This document shows positions 47,331-57,437 of a DNA stretch of 64,000 bases, piece by piece (within the stretch, counting starts at the first letter, position 1; each line of letters begins with the position of its first letter). Where the stretch lies: the IMG/VR virus record IMGVR_UViG_3300025276_000020, one strand, 5' to 3'. The notes below the pieces were generated by a model, which was not told the DNA's origin, searched no databases, and worked only from the letters and a program-made list of their open reading frames with translations. The DNA comes from a virus. Position numbers and translations under genes: made by a program.

Positions 47331-50300
47331 ATGTCAAGTATAACAAATGTTAATAATAATGCCAGCGTAGTAAACGTAGGAAGAACAACTCCGGTATCAC
47401 CGGGAGTTCAACCAGCGGCCAAATCTATTCCTGTCGTAGTCGCATCTGATCAGGTAGCAATTCCTGTAGAAGAGCAAAACAAAGTACAGTCTGAAGTAGC
47501 ACTGTCGCTTCTAGGTATTCCACGTGCTGAAGTCGCTTTAGGTATCTTTGCAGACGTTAACACATATGATGTTAACCCAACAGAGTGGTCATCTAGTCCT
47601 CAATATCACATTACTGGTTACGGTATTAAGCATCTTCCAAACGAAGCTGGTGCATTAGTAGAAGCTCCTAGAAATAAGACATCAGTCTTGACCTCTAAGC
47701 GTTTCTTCAGATATCAGCCTGGTCGTGTATCAGCCGCAACATTCGGCGTTAAGAGTACTACGAGTTCAGCCAACTTCTGTCAGAATCCGTCTATCAAAAA
47801 GTTTGGAATCTATGATAACTTTGATGGATACTTCTGGGAAACTAGAAACGATTCTCAAGAAGATAACTTCTCTGTAGTAAGACGCTCACAATCAATGATT
47901 AAAGCTCCTACTTCACCAACAGGTATTGCAGGTCAATACTTAAAAGGCGGATCACCTGGGAACGACACATTAGGCACAACACAGAACGATGACTATAGAG
48001 TTATCGGTCAAGGTCAGAAAGAAACTGTTACAGAAAGCACAGTTCTCGTAAAAGACAGAAAACTAATCACAGATAATAGATTTTCAATTGTCGATACCGC
48101 ACTCGCAGCCGCAGTATCAGCTTACAGTACTACGGGCAATGTTAATGTCACATCGCCTAAAAATGGTACCACTGTAAACGGATACACTATTACATCAGGA
48201 AGCTATACTGCAAGTGGAAACTTCTATGCTGACCTAGCAGTATCGATTAACACTGTTACCAATGCTCCTGATATTACAGCCGCACAAGTTGAGCTAAAGT
48301 GTAAACGTGACATGGATTACTGGATAGAAAACTATCTACTAGATATGGAATACGGTGGAACTGCACATACTAATCTAAACGTGAGTAACTATGCAACTGG
48401 TTTGTTCCCACAGATTGCTACATTTGAAAAAGCTATTCACGCACAACTTAAAAGTGTTCTAGATGGATATGCTGGAATTACTTCTGCAGGTGATACTAAA
48501 ATCACAGCACTTACTACTATCACTCAAACAGCATTTAACCGTAATAATGGCCAGTCTGTACTAGTACCTTCTGTGCCCACTTCTGGAGCATATGGAACAA
48601 GAAACAAACTAGAAACGGTCTTCGCAGTCAAGAAAGAGTATTGGGCATATGTTGTATCTGTATCAACAGGTGCCAATGCCGCTATCACATACACAGTTCC
48701 AGCTGATGGATTGAGTTCTGGACTTACTGCACTTGATATTAAATATAAGTGTCAGCGAGACGTTGGATACATCATCGATGGATACTCAAATGACATATCT
48801 GGTGGAGGTGATGCTGAGACAAAGTACAACATGACTATGTACTTCAAGAATGGTCGACCTTCTTCTTCTACAAATGGTGCAGGAATGTCTATCTATTCAC
48901 AGACAGCCGGCGGTGTTTTAGCGGAGATCGAAAGACACACGCACCTTAGAGATAAGATTAAAGCAGATTTAGTAACATATGGCTTTGCTACAACAACAGC
49001 AGAATACAAAAAGCTTGTAATTCTTGCAGACAGAGTTATATCTAACTTCTCTATCGAGAATCAGCAAAGCATGGATTTAGGAGAAAAAGGATTTGCAGGT
49101 AACTTAGTTGCTTTACGTGACGGACTAGTTGTAACTCACGCCGCAGTCTTTGACCCTACACTTCTCAAGACTGCTGAAAGCATCGTTACAGTTGCTATTG
49201 GATCAAATGCAGAAGCTAATCTGGGCACACCTAATTCGTTCAAGCTATCTAAAGGACACGTAACATTCGGACAACATGTTAGAGTTAAGACTTGGGCAAA
49301 TGCAGAATCAGTAGCGGCTTGCGGTACATTAGTGCCAGGCACAGTATACAAAGTTGTTAAAGTATATGGTCCTAAAGGTAACGAGTTTACGTTGCAGGAT
49401 GAAAGTGGTACCGCACAGGCATTCACTGTAGCTCAAGCAACAGCGGCTGGCACAATGTATCTTGAGACAGTCGTACCGTTCATCTTCCCTAAAGTGTATC
49501 AGCCTGCAACAGGAGCAGGATATTGGGATAACTTTACGCCTAACTTAGATATTAACTCAGACGTATTCCCTAAAGGAATGGTATTCCCATACATGTATGC
49601 AAGTGACTATAATCTTCTCAGCGATGATGTATCTTCTCTGAAAGTTGGATACATCAATACTGCATTAGATTTATCCAATGGCACAAACCTTAATACAGTG
49701 TGTACACAAATGGATACTGTAAACTTTGAGCCAGAATATATCAACTGGATTAAGAATAATGTTAAGCCAGAGTACTACGGCGTTTATGATTATCGTGTTC
49801 CTAGATCACGCTTCAGTCATGACACTTTAGATGGAAAGAGTTCTGCCGCAGGCACATCTAAGAATAGAGTATACAGTGATCTCGCAACTGGAGAAAATGG
49901 TATTGCTCGACCTGGTCAGAGATATACAATAGGAACATCTCCAAACGAAGTGGCACAGTTCACAGATAGTCTTTACAGCTTTGACTTCACTAAAGTTACC
50001 ATGCTTAAGATTGAATTCTCTTGGTACGGTGCTGTTGGTGCATTGTTCTTAGCATATGTTCCAGTAGCGAACGGAGAAGCAAGATGGGTAAGAGTACATC
50101 ATCTTCGTGCATCGAATCAGTTGAAAATTGCCTCTTTAGGTAATGCGACACTTCCTATTACGTACACGACATTTGGTGGAGGAGATGCTAAGTCTCTAGG
50201 TGATGGAGAAGATGCTAACTTTACTGATAGAGGATACGGAGCCGATTCACACTCTATCGTTAAGTATGGTGCTTCTTACTATATTGATGGTGGAGATAGA

Positions 50301-51404
50301 GGTACTGTTCGTCTATACAGTCATAATAACGAAGATACTGCAACTGCATACGGTAAGCAATGGACTATTAAGAACGGTAGTTATGTATCAAGTGGTAATA
50401 AAGTTGCAATCAACTCTACATCACTTGAGGCAGGTAACCCTACAGTTAACGTTGACCCTAGATTCTTTATGGGCGCAAGACTTAAAACATCTAACAAGAC
50501 TGACCAAAACATTAAAGTCGTTTGGGCAGATTCTACTCATGTGTACTTGTCTTCAGCACCTAGCTCAACTACTAGTCTTAAGTTACTTGTAGATCGTGCT
50601 AACTCCACATTCGGTCTAGAGACTAAGAAAGTTATTCTAAGCACACGAGAGTCTAATGCTGTACGTAACAGAGTACAAGTTTATCCTACTAAACTGTCTA
50701 CATCTAACTTAGGCGACAATCCAGTTAGAATGAGATTTAAGAAAACTCCATTATTCCAAACAGACACAGTTTACTTAGGAAGCATTTCTACTTCAGCAGA
50801 ATACACGATTACGGCAGCAAATCTTCCGTTAGCTGTGACAGAATCGGGTGGAGCAGGTACGTTCATGGATAATGCAGACAGCCTATATGGATGGTTTCAA
50901 GCTACAGTCGGTGTTGACAACATCACAGTCTTTGGTAGATTATATAAAGAAGCGGATCTATATTACTATGAACTTCTCGAATCTTACAATGCAGAGGTTA
51001 TTATTAAGGTAGGAATATTCTTACCAGATGTAAGATTTAGCGCAGATGGTGTATATGCAACCGGTACTGCTTATAGCACAAGCGGAAGTAACTATTTGTT
51101 ACGCCCTCCACTAGCGCAATCAACGGTAACTAAAGTAACATCAGAGAAAGAAGGATTAAGTTCAGTAAAAATTGCTAACGATACTGTAGTTCCTATTCCA
51201 GGAACTGGTATAAACGTAGCGACTATATACTTACAGGCGGGAACAGAACAACTTGACCTTGCACCTTATTTCGATTACAATAAAGAGTATCTATCATTCC
51301 CGTTGACAGATCAAGCAGATAGTCTTTATTTTACAGTAGACTCCGATACAGCGGCGAATACTTCAGATGAAATAAGTTTGGGTTGTACGTGGGAAGAGCA
51401 GTAA
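47331..51404 (+). CDS. large virion protein with two phycobiliprotein-like CxRD repeats (paralog of 51408)
   Basis: FRYQPGR, KIEFSWYGA and YGASYYIDGGD blocks shared with the next gene; KCKRDMDYWI and KCQRDVGYII inserts. Confidence 0.7.
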   Translation: MSSITNVNNNASVVNVGRTTPVSPGVQPAAKSIPVVVASDQVAIPVEEQNKVQSEVALSLLGIPRAEVALGIFADVNTYDVNPTEWSSSPQYHITGYGIKHLPNEAGALVEAPRNKTSVLTSKRFFRYQPGRVSAATFGVKSTTSSANFCQNPSIKKFGIYDNFDGYFWETRNDSQEDNFSVVRRSQSMIKAPTSPTGIAGQYLKGGSPGNDTLGTTQNDDYRVIGQGQKETVTESTVLVKDRKLITDNRFSIVDTALAAAVSAYSTTGNVNVTSPKNGTTVNGYTITSGSYTASGNFYADLAVSINTVTNAPDITAAQVELKCKRDMDYWIENYLLDMEYGGTAHTNLNVSNYATGLFPQIATFEKAIHAQLKSVLDGYAGITSAGDTKITALTTITQTAFNRNNGQSVLVPSVPTSGAYGTRNKLETVFAVKKEYWAYVVSVSTGANAAITYTVPADGLSSGLTALDIKYKCQRDVGYIIDGYSNDISGGGDAETKYNMTMYFKNGRPSSSTNGAGMSIYSQTAGGVLAEIERHTHLRDKIKADLVTYGFATTTAEYKKLVILADRVISNFSIENQQSMDLGEKGFAGNLVALRDGLVVTHAAVFDPTLLKTAESIVTVAIGSNAEANLGTPNSFKLSKGHVTFGQHVRVKTWANAESVAACGTLVPGTVYKVVKVYGPKGNEFTLQDESGTAQAFTVAQATAAGTMYLETVVPFIFPKVYQPATGAGYWDNFTPNLDINSDVFPKGMVFPYMYASDYNLLSDDVSSLKVGYINTALDLSNGTNLNTVCTQMDTVNFEPEYINWIKNNVKPEYYGVYDYRVPRSRFSHDTLDGKSSAAGTSKNRVYSDLATGENGIARPGQRYTIGTSPNEVAQFTDSLYSFDFTKVTMLKIEFSWYGAVGALFLAYVPVANGEARWVRVHHLRASNQLKIASLGNATLPITYTTFGGGDAKSLGDGEDANFTDRGYGADSHSIVKYGASYYIDGGDRGTVRLYSHNNEDTATAYGKQWTIKNGSYVSSGNKVAINSTSLEAGNPTVNVDPRFFMGARLKTSNKTDQNIKVVWADSTHVYLSSAPSSTTSLKLLVDRANSTFGLETKKVILSTRESNAVRNRVQVYPTKLSTSNLGDNPVRMRFKKTPLFQTDTVYLGSISTSAEYTITAANLPLAVTESGGAGTFMDNADSLYGWFQATVGVDNITVFGRLYKEADLYYYELLESYNAEVIIKVGIFLPDVRFSADGVYATGTAYSTSGSNYLLRPPLAQSTVTKVTSEKEGLSSVKIANDTVVPIPGTGINVATIYLQAGTEQLDLAPYFDYNKEYLSFPLTDQADSLYFTVDSDTAANTSDEISLGCTWEEQ

Positions 51405-51407
51405 CTC

Positions 51408-54400
51408 ATGCCAAAGCAGATAAAACTTGGACTGGATAAAGTACCAGCTCCAGTTACGAAGCAGTTTACCCAGTTAATAGATATTGAAGGCAACCTGCTT
51501 TACGATGCGGCTGGTAATCCTGTAATAACTGAAGACGAAGCTACGCTAGGGTCATTCTCGACCTCAGCTGGCTCGACTTCTGTCTATATTAATAATAGGG
51601 ATAATAATCCTATTATTTCTATACCTATAGCAGAACAATTCTCTGAAACGTCAGAGGTGAGTAGTTCACTACTAGGTATTCCAAGAGCAGAAGAACAACT
51701 CAGTCTATTCTCAGATGTTTCAACGTATGGCTTAGACGAAGATAACTGGAACTATTATACATTTAGCGGTGCTACTTCACCAGGAGAATGGTACAATAAA
51801 GAAAATCCTATATTCGGCAGTAGACAAAATCCTGAATTCTATGAAGGATCAGAAGAGCAAGCATTATATCTAAAATCTTTTCCATCACAATATGCCTTTC
51901 CAGGAAGTACAATAGCAGAGAACTCGGCTACTCCATCAGAGACGATGAAGCAGTACATGAACTTCATTGCTATGGGTCGATACCTTTACGGATATTTTTA
52001 TCCAATCAATCCGGTATTCGCAGAAAGCAATTTTTTAAATGCCAATATTGAAGTTGTGAATTCTACAGGCACAACAGTTACTACTAGCACAAGTGGATCA
52101 TTCTTAACTATCGCACTAACTTTTAATGGAGACGGTAACTTCTTTGATGTCGAATACGGAAGTGACTTTCAAGATTCTTGTAATCAAATAGAAAGATTTA
52201 CATATATATTTGGAAGAATAGTTGACGGAGATGCATCATTTCCAGATTTAGTTGGTTCTGCTACAACAGATTTTAAACTTACCGCAGAATTTCCTGCAAT
52301 ACGTAGCTTCTTATCTACAAGATGTAGACCTGGTGGAAGTTCTACATCAGAAAAATTTGCGATTCTTCAGAGTAATAAGACCTTTAGGTATCAGCCAGGT
52401 AGAGCTAGTGGGTTCACATTCGGAGTTAGACAGCAGACAGATACGGCTTCTAGCGCAAGCTTTATTGAGTGGGGTTGCTCAAACGACACAGATGAGTACA
52501 TGTTTCAGTTAAGAGGATCTAGCTTTAATATTATTCGAAGAAGTACCATTAAAATGCCAGACGCATTACTAGTGCGACAGGGACTAGAAGTAACTGATCA
52601 GGGTTCTTCAGCAGTTCAGCCTAAAGGAGTTGGCGTTGGCGATGCTCTATGGGAAACAACTATACCTAGAACGAAGTTCAATGGCGATAGCATGTTGGGC
52701 AGTGGTAAATCTGGGTACATTCTATCGTTTGAAGACGTTACTATGTACAAGATCGAATTCTCTTGGTATGGTGCTATTGGTGCCAAGTTCTACGCATATG
52801 CTCCTGCTGATGTAGGTGAAGCAAGATGGATACTTATGCACACATTCGTAATTGAGAATGGATTGGGCAAACCAGTGCTAAATAATCCAGACTTTAAATT
52901 TAAGTATCTAATATATACTGCTGATACCTCAACTCTCAAATACCCTATATATCTTTACAAGTACGGAAGCAGTTATTATGTTGACGGCGGTGATGAAGGT
53001 ACTATTAATCTAACAAGTGTGACAGCAGATAGTAAAGAGTTCACGCAAAGAACCCCTATCATAGGAGTTTTACCTAAACAAGAAATTAGAAATACTGATG
53101 GAGTTGGGATAAAAAACTTTAAGAAAGCTTACCCAACAACACTATCAGTATCAAGCGATATAGCGAGTAGAGTAGATATAGAAACTATATCAGGATCTCC
53201 AGACGGAGTGCATTATAGTTTTGCACCTTCTCTTCATAACGGAGTACATGCATTATCTAGAAACTTGAATTTCAAGTTTAATGGCACATCTGGACTAACC
53301 TTAGACCTTCCGACTGGAAATACTGTATCAGGTGGTAGTTTTGTCGTAGGCACATTATATAAAATAACAAGTCTTGGAAACACAACTCAAGCACAGTGGA
53401 ATACTGCCGCTGGCACAAGTGGTGTAGCGTATACAGTTAACGGTACATACAATTGCTTTACTGCCGCAACAACTGGAACAGGAACAGGAACAGTTGTCGA
53501 TAATATATTCGCAGTTACAGATGATGGTGGCAAGATTATTGCAGATGGAATATATAACGCATATGTTCAATACAATGAGAACGACAAAAGTAGTGCTAAT
53601 ATTAGACGAAAGAATGGATACAATCTAACTTCACCCAACTCTGCAGGCTCTAAGATCAGTAAATCGATGAAGCTCGATGGCACTGTTATTGATACGTCTA
53701 CTTCTCCTACGTTTACCGGAAAGGTAACAAACTTTCATTCGATCTCCACTTCGACAGTACCCATTCAATCTAATAATTTTAGAGTACATTGGCTAGATCC
53801 AAACAGTTACTCAGCCATCACTGGTAGACATTTTACAGATTACGCTATATGCATAGGAACTAATTTAGGATTTGTAGACGGTACGGATAGTAATAAGCTT
53901 AAGTTCACTAAAGACGATAGTAGTACTGTACCATTTAGCTTCGATGACGTGCTTTCAGTTAAAGGATCTCAGGTTGGCACAGCAATAAACTATTCTACTA
54001 AGGCTGAATACGTTGAGTGGGATCCATCCTACGGAGATAGATTTGACGTTGATGTTCGTTTGCCTGCGCCATCAGGTGCTGACACCGGAACTATCAGTGC
54101 CCTCAAGGGCGAAGTCAGAGTAGTTACTTATGATGTCGCCTCAGTAGAAGCAGGAACAGGAACCTTTGCAGGTAAATTTAAAATAACTTTTAGTAGTTCT
54201 GCTCCCTCTGCATCTATGTTTCCAGTAGACTCAAACGGAGATGTTATCGCAGGAGCATCTGAAGTGGGCGTAAACGGTATAGGACTAGGATTATATTACG
54301 TGACTGCTCCGGCATTCAACTCTAGTAACCAATATTTCGTCTACGTTGATCAGAATCCAAATACGTTTGGAGGTACAAGAGACATAACAGCCACTGGTGT

Positions 54401-54938
54401 ACAAACTAAAACAATTACTCTAACTGATGATTGGCAACTGGCGGACAGATTTGCGTCTGCACAGTTTACTGTATCGAAGGCAGTTAAGTTTAACGCACAG
54501 CCATTATATCTCACTATTGCAATGCACGATGACGCTAAAATAAATAGCATTGTCGTTGAAGAAATCACAGAAGATAATGTACAAGTAAAGACTCCTAAGT
54601 TTATTAAAGGCGATGAGTGTCCTAACTTGTCTATTGTAGCAAGTGGACTATCTAGTAACATATTATCTCCATCTGCTTTTCAGTCAGACGATAGAACTTC
54701 TAGTATCAGGTTCGATACACAGACATTGAATCCTCTTAGACCAGGAGTTAAGATATACTCTTTCTACATTGCGCCTAATAAGCCAGCACAGTTCGACCTA
54801 TCTAACATATTCGGCAGAGACAGAAAAGGATTAGCTAGAGGTTTGCTAAATAATCAAGCACTATTCTTAACTGCATCAGCAGTTGACGGAGTATCTACGG
54901 GTAATATTGAAATGACTCTTACGGCGAAGGAACAATAA
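51408..54938 (+). CDS. large virion protein (paralog of 47331)
   Basis: SLLGIPRAE, FRYQPGR, KIEFSWYGA, YGSSYYVDGGD; both paralogs end -EQ. Confidence 0.7.
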   Translation: MPKQIKLGLDKVPAPVTKQFTQLIDIEGNLLYDAAGNPVITEDEATLGSFSTSAGSTSVYINNRDNNPIISIPIAEQFSETSEVSSSLLGIPRAEEQLSLFSDVSTYGLDEDNWNYYTFSGATSPGEWYNKENPIFGSRQNPEFYEGSEEQALYLKSFPSQYAFPGSTIAENSATPSETMKQYMNFIAMGRYLYGYFYPINPVFAESNFLNANIEVVNSTGTTVTTSTSGSFLTIALTFNGDGNFFDVEYGSDFQDSCNQIERFTYIFGRIVDGDASFPDLVGSATTDFKLTAEFPAIRSFLSTRCRPGGSSTSEKFAILQSNKTFRYQPGRASGFTFGVRQQTDTASSASFIEWGCSNDTDEYMFQLRGSSFNIIRRSTIKMPDALLVRQGLEVTDQGSSAVQPKGVGVGDALWETTIPRTKFNGDSMLGSGKSGYILSFEDVTMYKIEFSWYGAIGAKFYAYAPADVGEARWILMHTFVIENGLGKPVLNNPDFKFKYLIYTADTSTLKYPIYLYKYGSSYYVDGGDEGTINLTSVTADSKEFTQRTPIIGVLPKQEIRNTDGVGIKNFKKAYPTTLSVSSDIASRVDIETISGSPDGVHYSFAPSLHNGVHALSRNLNFKFNGTSGLTLDLPTGNTVSGGSFVVGTLYKITSLGNTTQAQWNTAAGTSGVAYTVNGTYNCFTAATTGTGTGTVVDNIFAVTDDGGKIIADGIYNAYVQYNENDKSSANIRRKNGYNLTSPNSAGSKISKSMKLDGTVIDTSTSPTFTGKVTNFHSISTSTVPIQSNNFRVHWLDPNSYSAITGRHFTDYAICIGTNLGFVDGTDSNKLKFTKDDSSTVPFSFDDVLSVKGSQVGTAINYSTKAEYVEWDPSYGDRFDVDVRLPAPSGADTGTISALKGEVRVVTYDVASVEAGTGTFAGKFKITFSSSAPSASMFPVDSNGDVIAGASEVGVNGIGLGLYYVTAPAFNSSNQYFVYVDQNPNTFGGTRDITATGVQTKTITLTDDWQLADRFASAQFTVSKAVKFNAQPLYLTIAMHDDAKINSIVVEEITEDNVQVKTPKFIKGDECPNLSIVASGLSSNILSPSAFQSDDRTSSIRFDTQTLNPLRPGVKIYSFYIAPNKPAQFDLSNIFGRDRKGLARGLLNNQALFLTASAVDGVSTGNIEMTLTAKEQ

Positions 54939-57427
54939 TGGCTAGTTTTAGAGGATTAAATGTCCAGAAAGCGATGAACGATGTCGATAATAAGGCACAA
55001 TCGCTAGTCAATCTAGGTCTAGACCAACGAGATTTGGCTTTAATAAGTGGAATTGCTGCCGCTGGAATAACGACTAACGAACTACACACTCTAGCAGGTT
55101 TAGTAGTAGATCAGAAGAAATCTCTGTATTCTTTAGGCGAATCTGCTGAAACTCTTGGAGGCATATTAACGGGCTTGCAAGATATTCAAGTACCTCAGGC
55201 ATATAATATACAGTACGATGATCAAGTGCGAGCCTCTGCAATCAAGTATAACTATTTAGATTTTGCCCGTTATGGCGCACTTGATGAAACACAAAGCGCA
55301 GACATATCAACATCACGAGTATCTTCTTGGTCAACTATTGGCACAACAATACTATACGGCGGTGAGATTAAAGTCACTGGCTCACAGATCGAGCTATCTT
55401 CTTTGAAAGCAACGACGGCTCCAGTAACGAAACTATTCAGATCAGAAATACCTACACATACGTTAAAATTAAATATTAATGGTTCACCGCAAACTTTTCT
55501 TGCGATGAAAGGCATACCGATGGAACTTCAAGGGTTCTTTAGAAACGCTAATTTTAGTCATGCAGTTACGGCAGTGACCGACAGTCTTGGTCAAGTCCCA
55601 GGCACATGGAGAATAGTTAATAACGATAACGGACAAACATATAACTCAGGCGATGGCACTGCGGCACCAAACAACGGTAACCTTGGAGTTGGAGCATTGG
55701 GTAGTCCAGCAACTTATGCATTCAGAGATAGTTCTAATAGATCGAGAACAGTACAGTTCTACTATGATCCATCTAAGATACTTGAACTACGTACACCTGG
55801 AATAAACATCACTAACTGGACAACATCTAAGTTGCCCGCTTTGCGGAGACTAGACATAAACAATAATGACTTATACGTTCTACCCAGTTTCAGAGGAGAT
55901 GCCACCAGTAAAGACGGCATATTGACTCCTGGAGGTCTAGCTCCAGTTCTAGAGCAAATAGTATTAACTGCTAACAACTTATCGAGAGCAATACACGCTG
56001 ATGGCACCCAAATTGTTGCCACTCATCAGCTAAACACTTTACCCACAACTCTTACACATTTGACTATGAATGGAGTCTTTTCTGATAGCACAGATATCGA
56101 TCTTTTAGACTATCAAAATCTATCTGTTCTCAATTTTCACACGTACTATTCACGTAATGCACAGAGAAGAATGACTGGAGGCACAGTATCTCCAAAAGTT
56201 TACACTAATGTTGCGGCAGGAAAAGGCATAGCATCTTACAGCATGTATCATCAGCCGTATTCCCAGTTGGCTGACGGAGTATGCACAAGTAATAATTTAG
56301 CATATCTATACTTTCCTTGGTGTGGTACTAGTGCTAAAGAAGGCGGTGGTGATATCACTATTGCCAGCCCAGTGATAGGCAGTTTTCTGTCTTATGGTAA
56401 TGGTCATAACGTAGTCGATATGAATAGTAAGAGTAGTCTGATCACTTACATTCAACAATATTCGAGTGGCGGTTCAACTGCCGCTCAAAAAGCTATAGGT
56501 AGTAAGTTCGCTGGATGTTCATCATTAGGACAGCTAAACTTTTACTCATCTGCTGTTACTGGCAATATAGAGACTGCGTTTTCATCACTACAATCTTTAA
56601 CTTATCTGGAACTTAGATGGACAGGGGTCAGTGGAAGACTAGATGATAATAGTTTTGCGAATACCAATTCACTACAATATCTGCTTCTTGCAGGATCTGG
56701 TTATAACACTTCAGACTTTTTCGGCACACAAGATTCGATTGACAATAACTCTGGTAGCGGAGAAGTATTTAAAAACACACTCGATCTTAGGTGGATGTAT
56801 CTTTATAATAATGGTAGCGCCGCAGGCAAGTTGCCAGACTTCAGCTCTAACGTTAATCTAACTGGATTATATTTTCACAGCACAGGAATTAATGGACCAC
56901 TTCAAACCTTTGCGAATAACACAAGTCTCTACTATTTAAGAATAAGTAATTGTCAAGTTAGCGGTACTGTTCCTGCATTCACAGGCAACGGTCTTAAGTA
57001 CATATACTTGTACTCTAATCAGCTTGCCGGTCAAGTTCCTAAATTTACTACTCCATATCTCTACCAGTTATACTTACAGTACAACAATCTTACTGGCAAT
57101 ATTCCAGACCTGTCTGGGTGTACTCGATTGCAGAGAGTTTATCTAAATAATAATAGTATAAATGGATATACTCCAGGTGCGTTGCAGTACAACTCATCAC
57201 TGTCTGTCATAGATTTCAGTAATAATCAGTTATCTAATACTGCGGGGTCAAATATTATAGCGGATCTATATGAGAACCTAAGTCTTAATCCCAGAACTGG
57301 TGTATCTGTTAACTTACTGGGTAATTCAATGACTAGGGAAGGCATACAAAACGATGGCACAACAGGAGACACAAGCACAGCTAATAAACTAAGCTTCTTG
57401 GAAAACTTCTGGACTATTCTAATATAA
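54938..57427 (+). CDS. leucine-rich repeat protein
   Basis: LxxLxLxxNxLxGxIP-type repeats, e.g. LYQLYLQYNNLTGNIPDLS. Confidence 0.85.
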   Translation: MASFRGLNVQKAMNDVDNKAQSLVNLGLDQRDLALISGIAAAGITTNELHTLAGLVVDQKKSLYSLGESAETLGGILTGLQDIQVPQAYNIQYDDQVRASAIKYNYLDFARYGALDETQSADISTSRVSSWSTIGTTILYGGEIKVTGSQIELSSLKATTAPVTKLFRSEIPTHTLKLNINGSPQTFLAMKGIPMELQGFFRNANFSHAVTAVTDSLGQVPGTWRIVNNDNGQTYNSGDGTAAPNNGNLGVGALGSPATYAFRDSSNRSRTVQFYYDPSKILELRTPGINITNWTTSKLPALRRLDINNNDLYVLPSFRGDATSKDGILTPGGLAPVLEQIVLTANNLSRAIHADGTQIVATHQLNTLPTTLTHLTMNGVFSDSTDIDLLDYQNLSVLNFHTYYSRNAQRRMTGGTVSPKVYTNVAAGKGIASYSMYHQPYSQLADGVCTSNNLAYLYFPWCGTSAKEGGGDITIASPVIGSFLSYGNGHNVVDMNSKSSLITYIQQYSSGGSTAAQKAIGSKFAGCSSLGQLNFYSSAVTGNIETAFSSLQSLTYLELRWTGVSGRLDDNSFANTNSLQYLLLAGSGYNTSDFFGTQDSIDNNSGSGEVFKNTLDLRWMYLYNNGSAAGKLPDFSSNVNLTGLYFHSTGINGPLQTFANNTSLYYLRISNCQVSGTVPAFTGNGLKYIYLYSNQLAGQVPKFTTPYLYQLYLQYNNLTGNIPDLSGCTRLQRVYLNNNSINGYTPGALQYNSSLSVIDFSNNQLSNTAGSNIIADLYENLSLNPRTGVSVNLLGNSMTREGIQNDGTTGDTSTANKLSFLENFWTILI

Positions 57428-57437
57428 GGGCTGAGAG

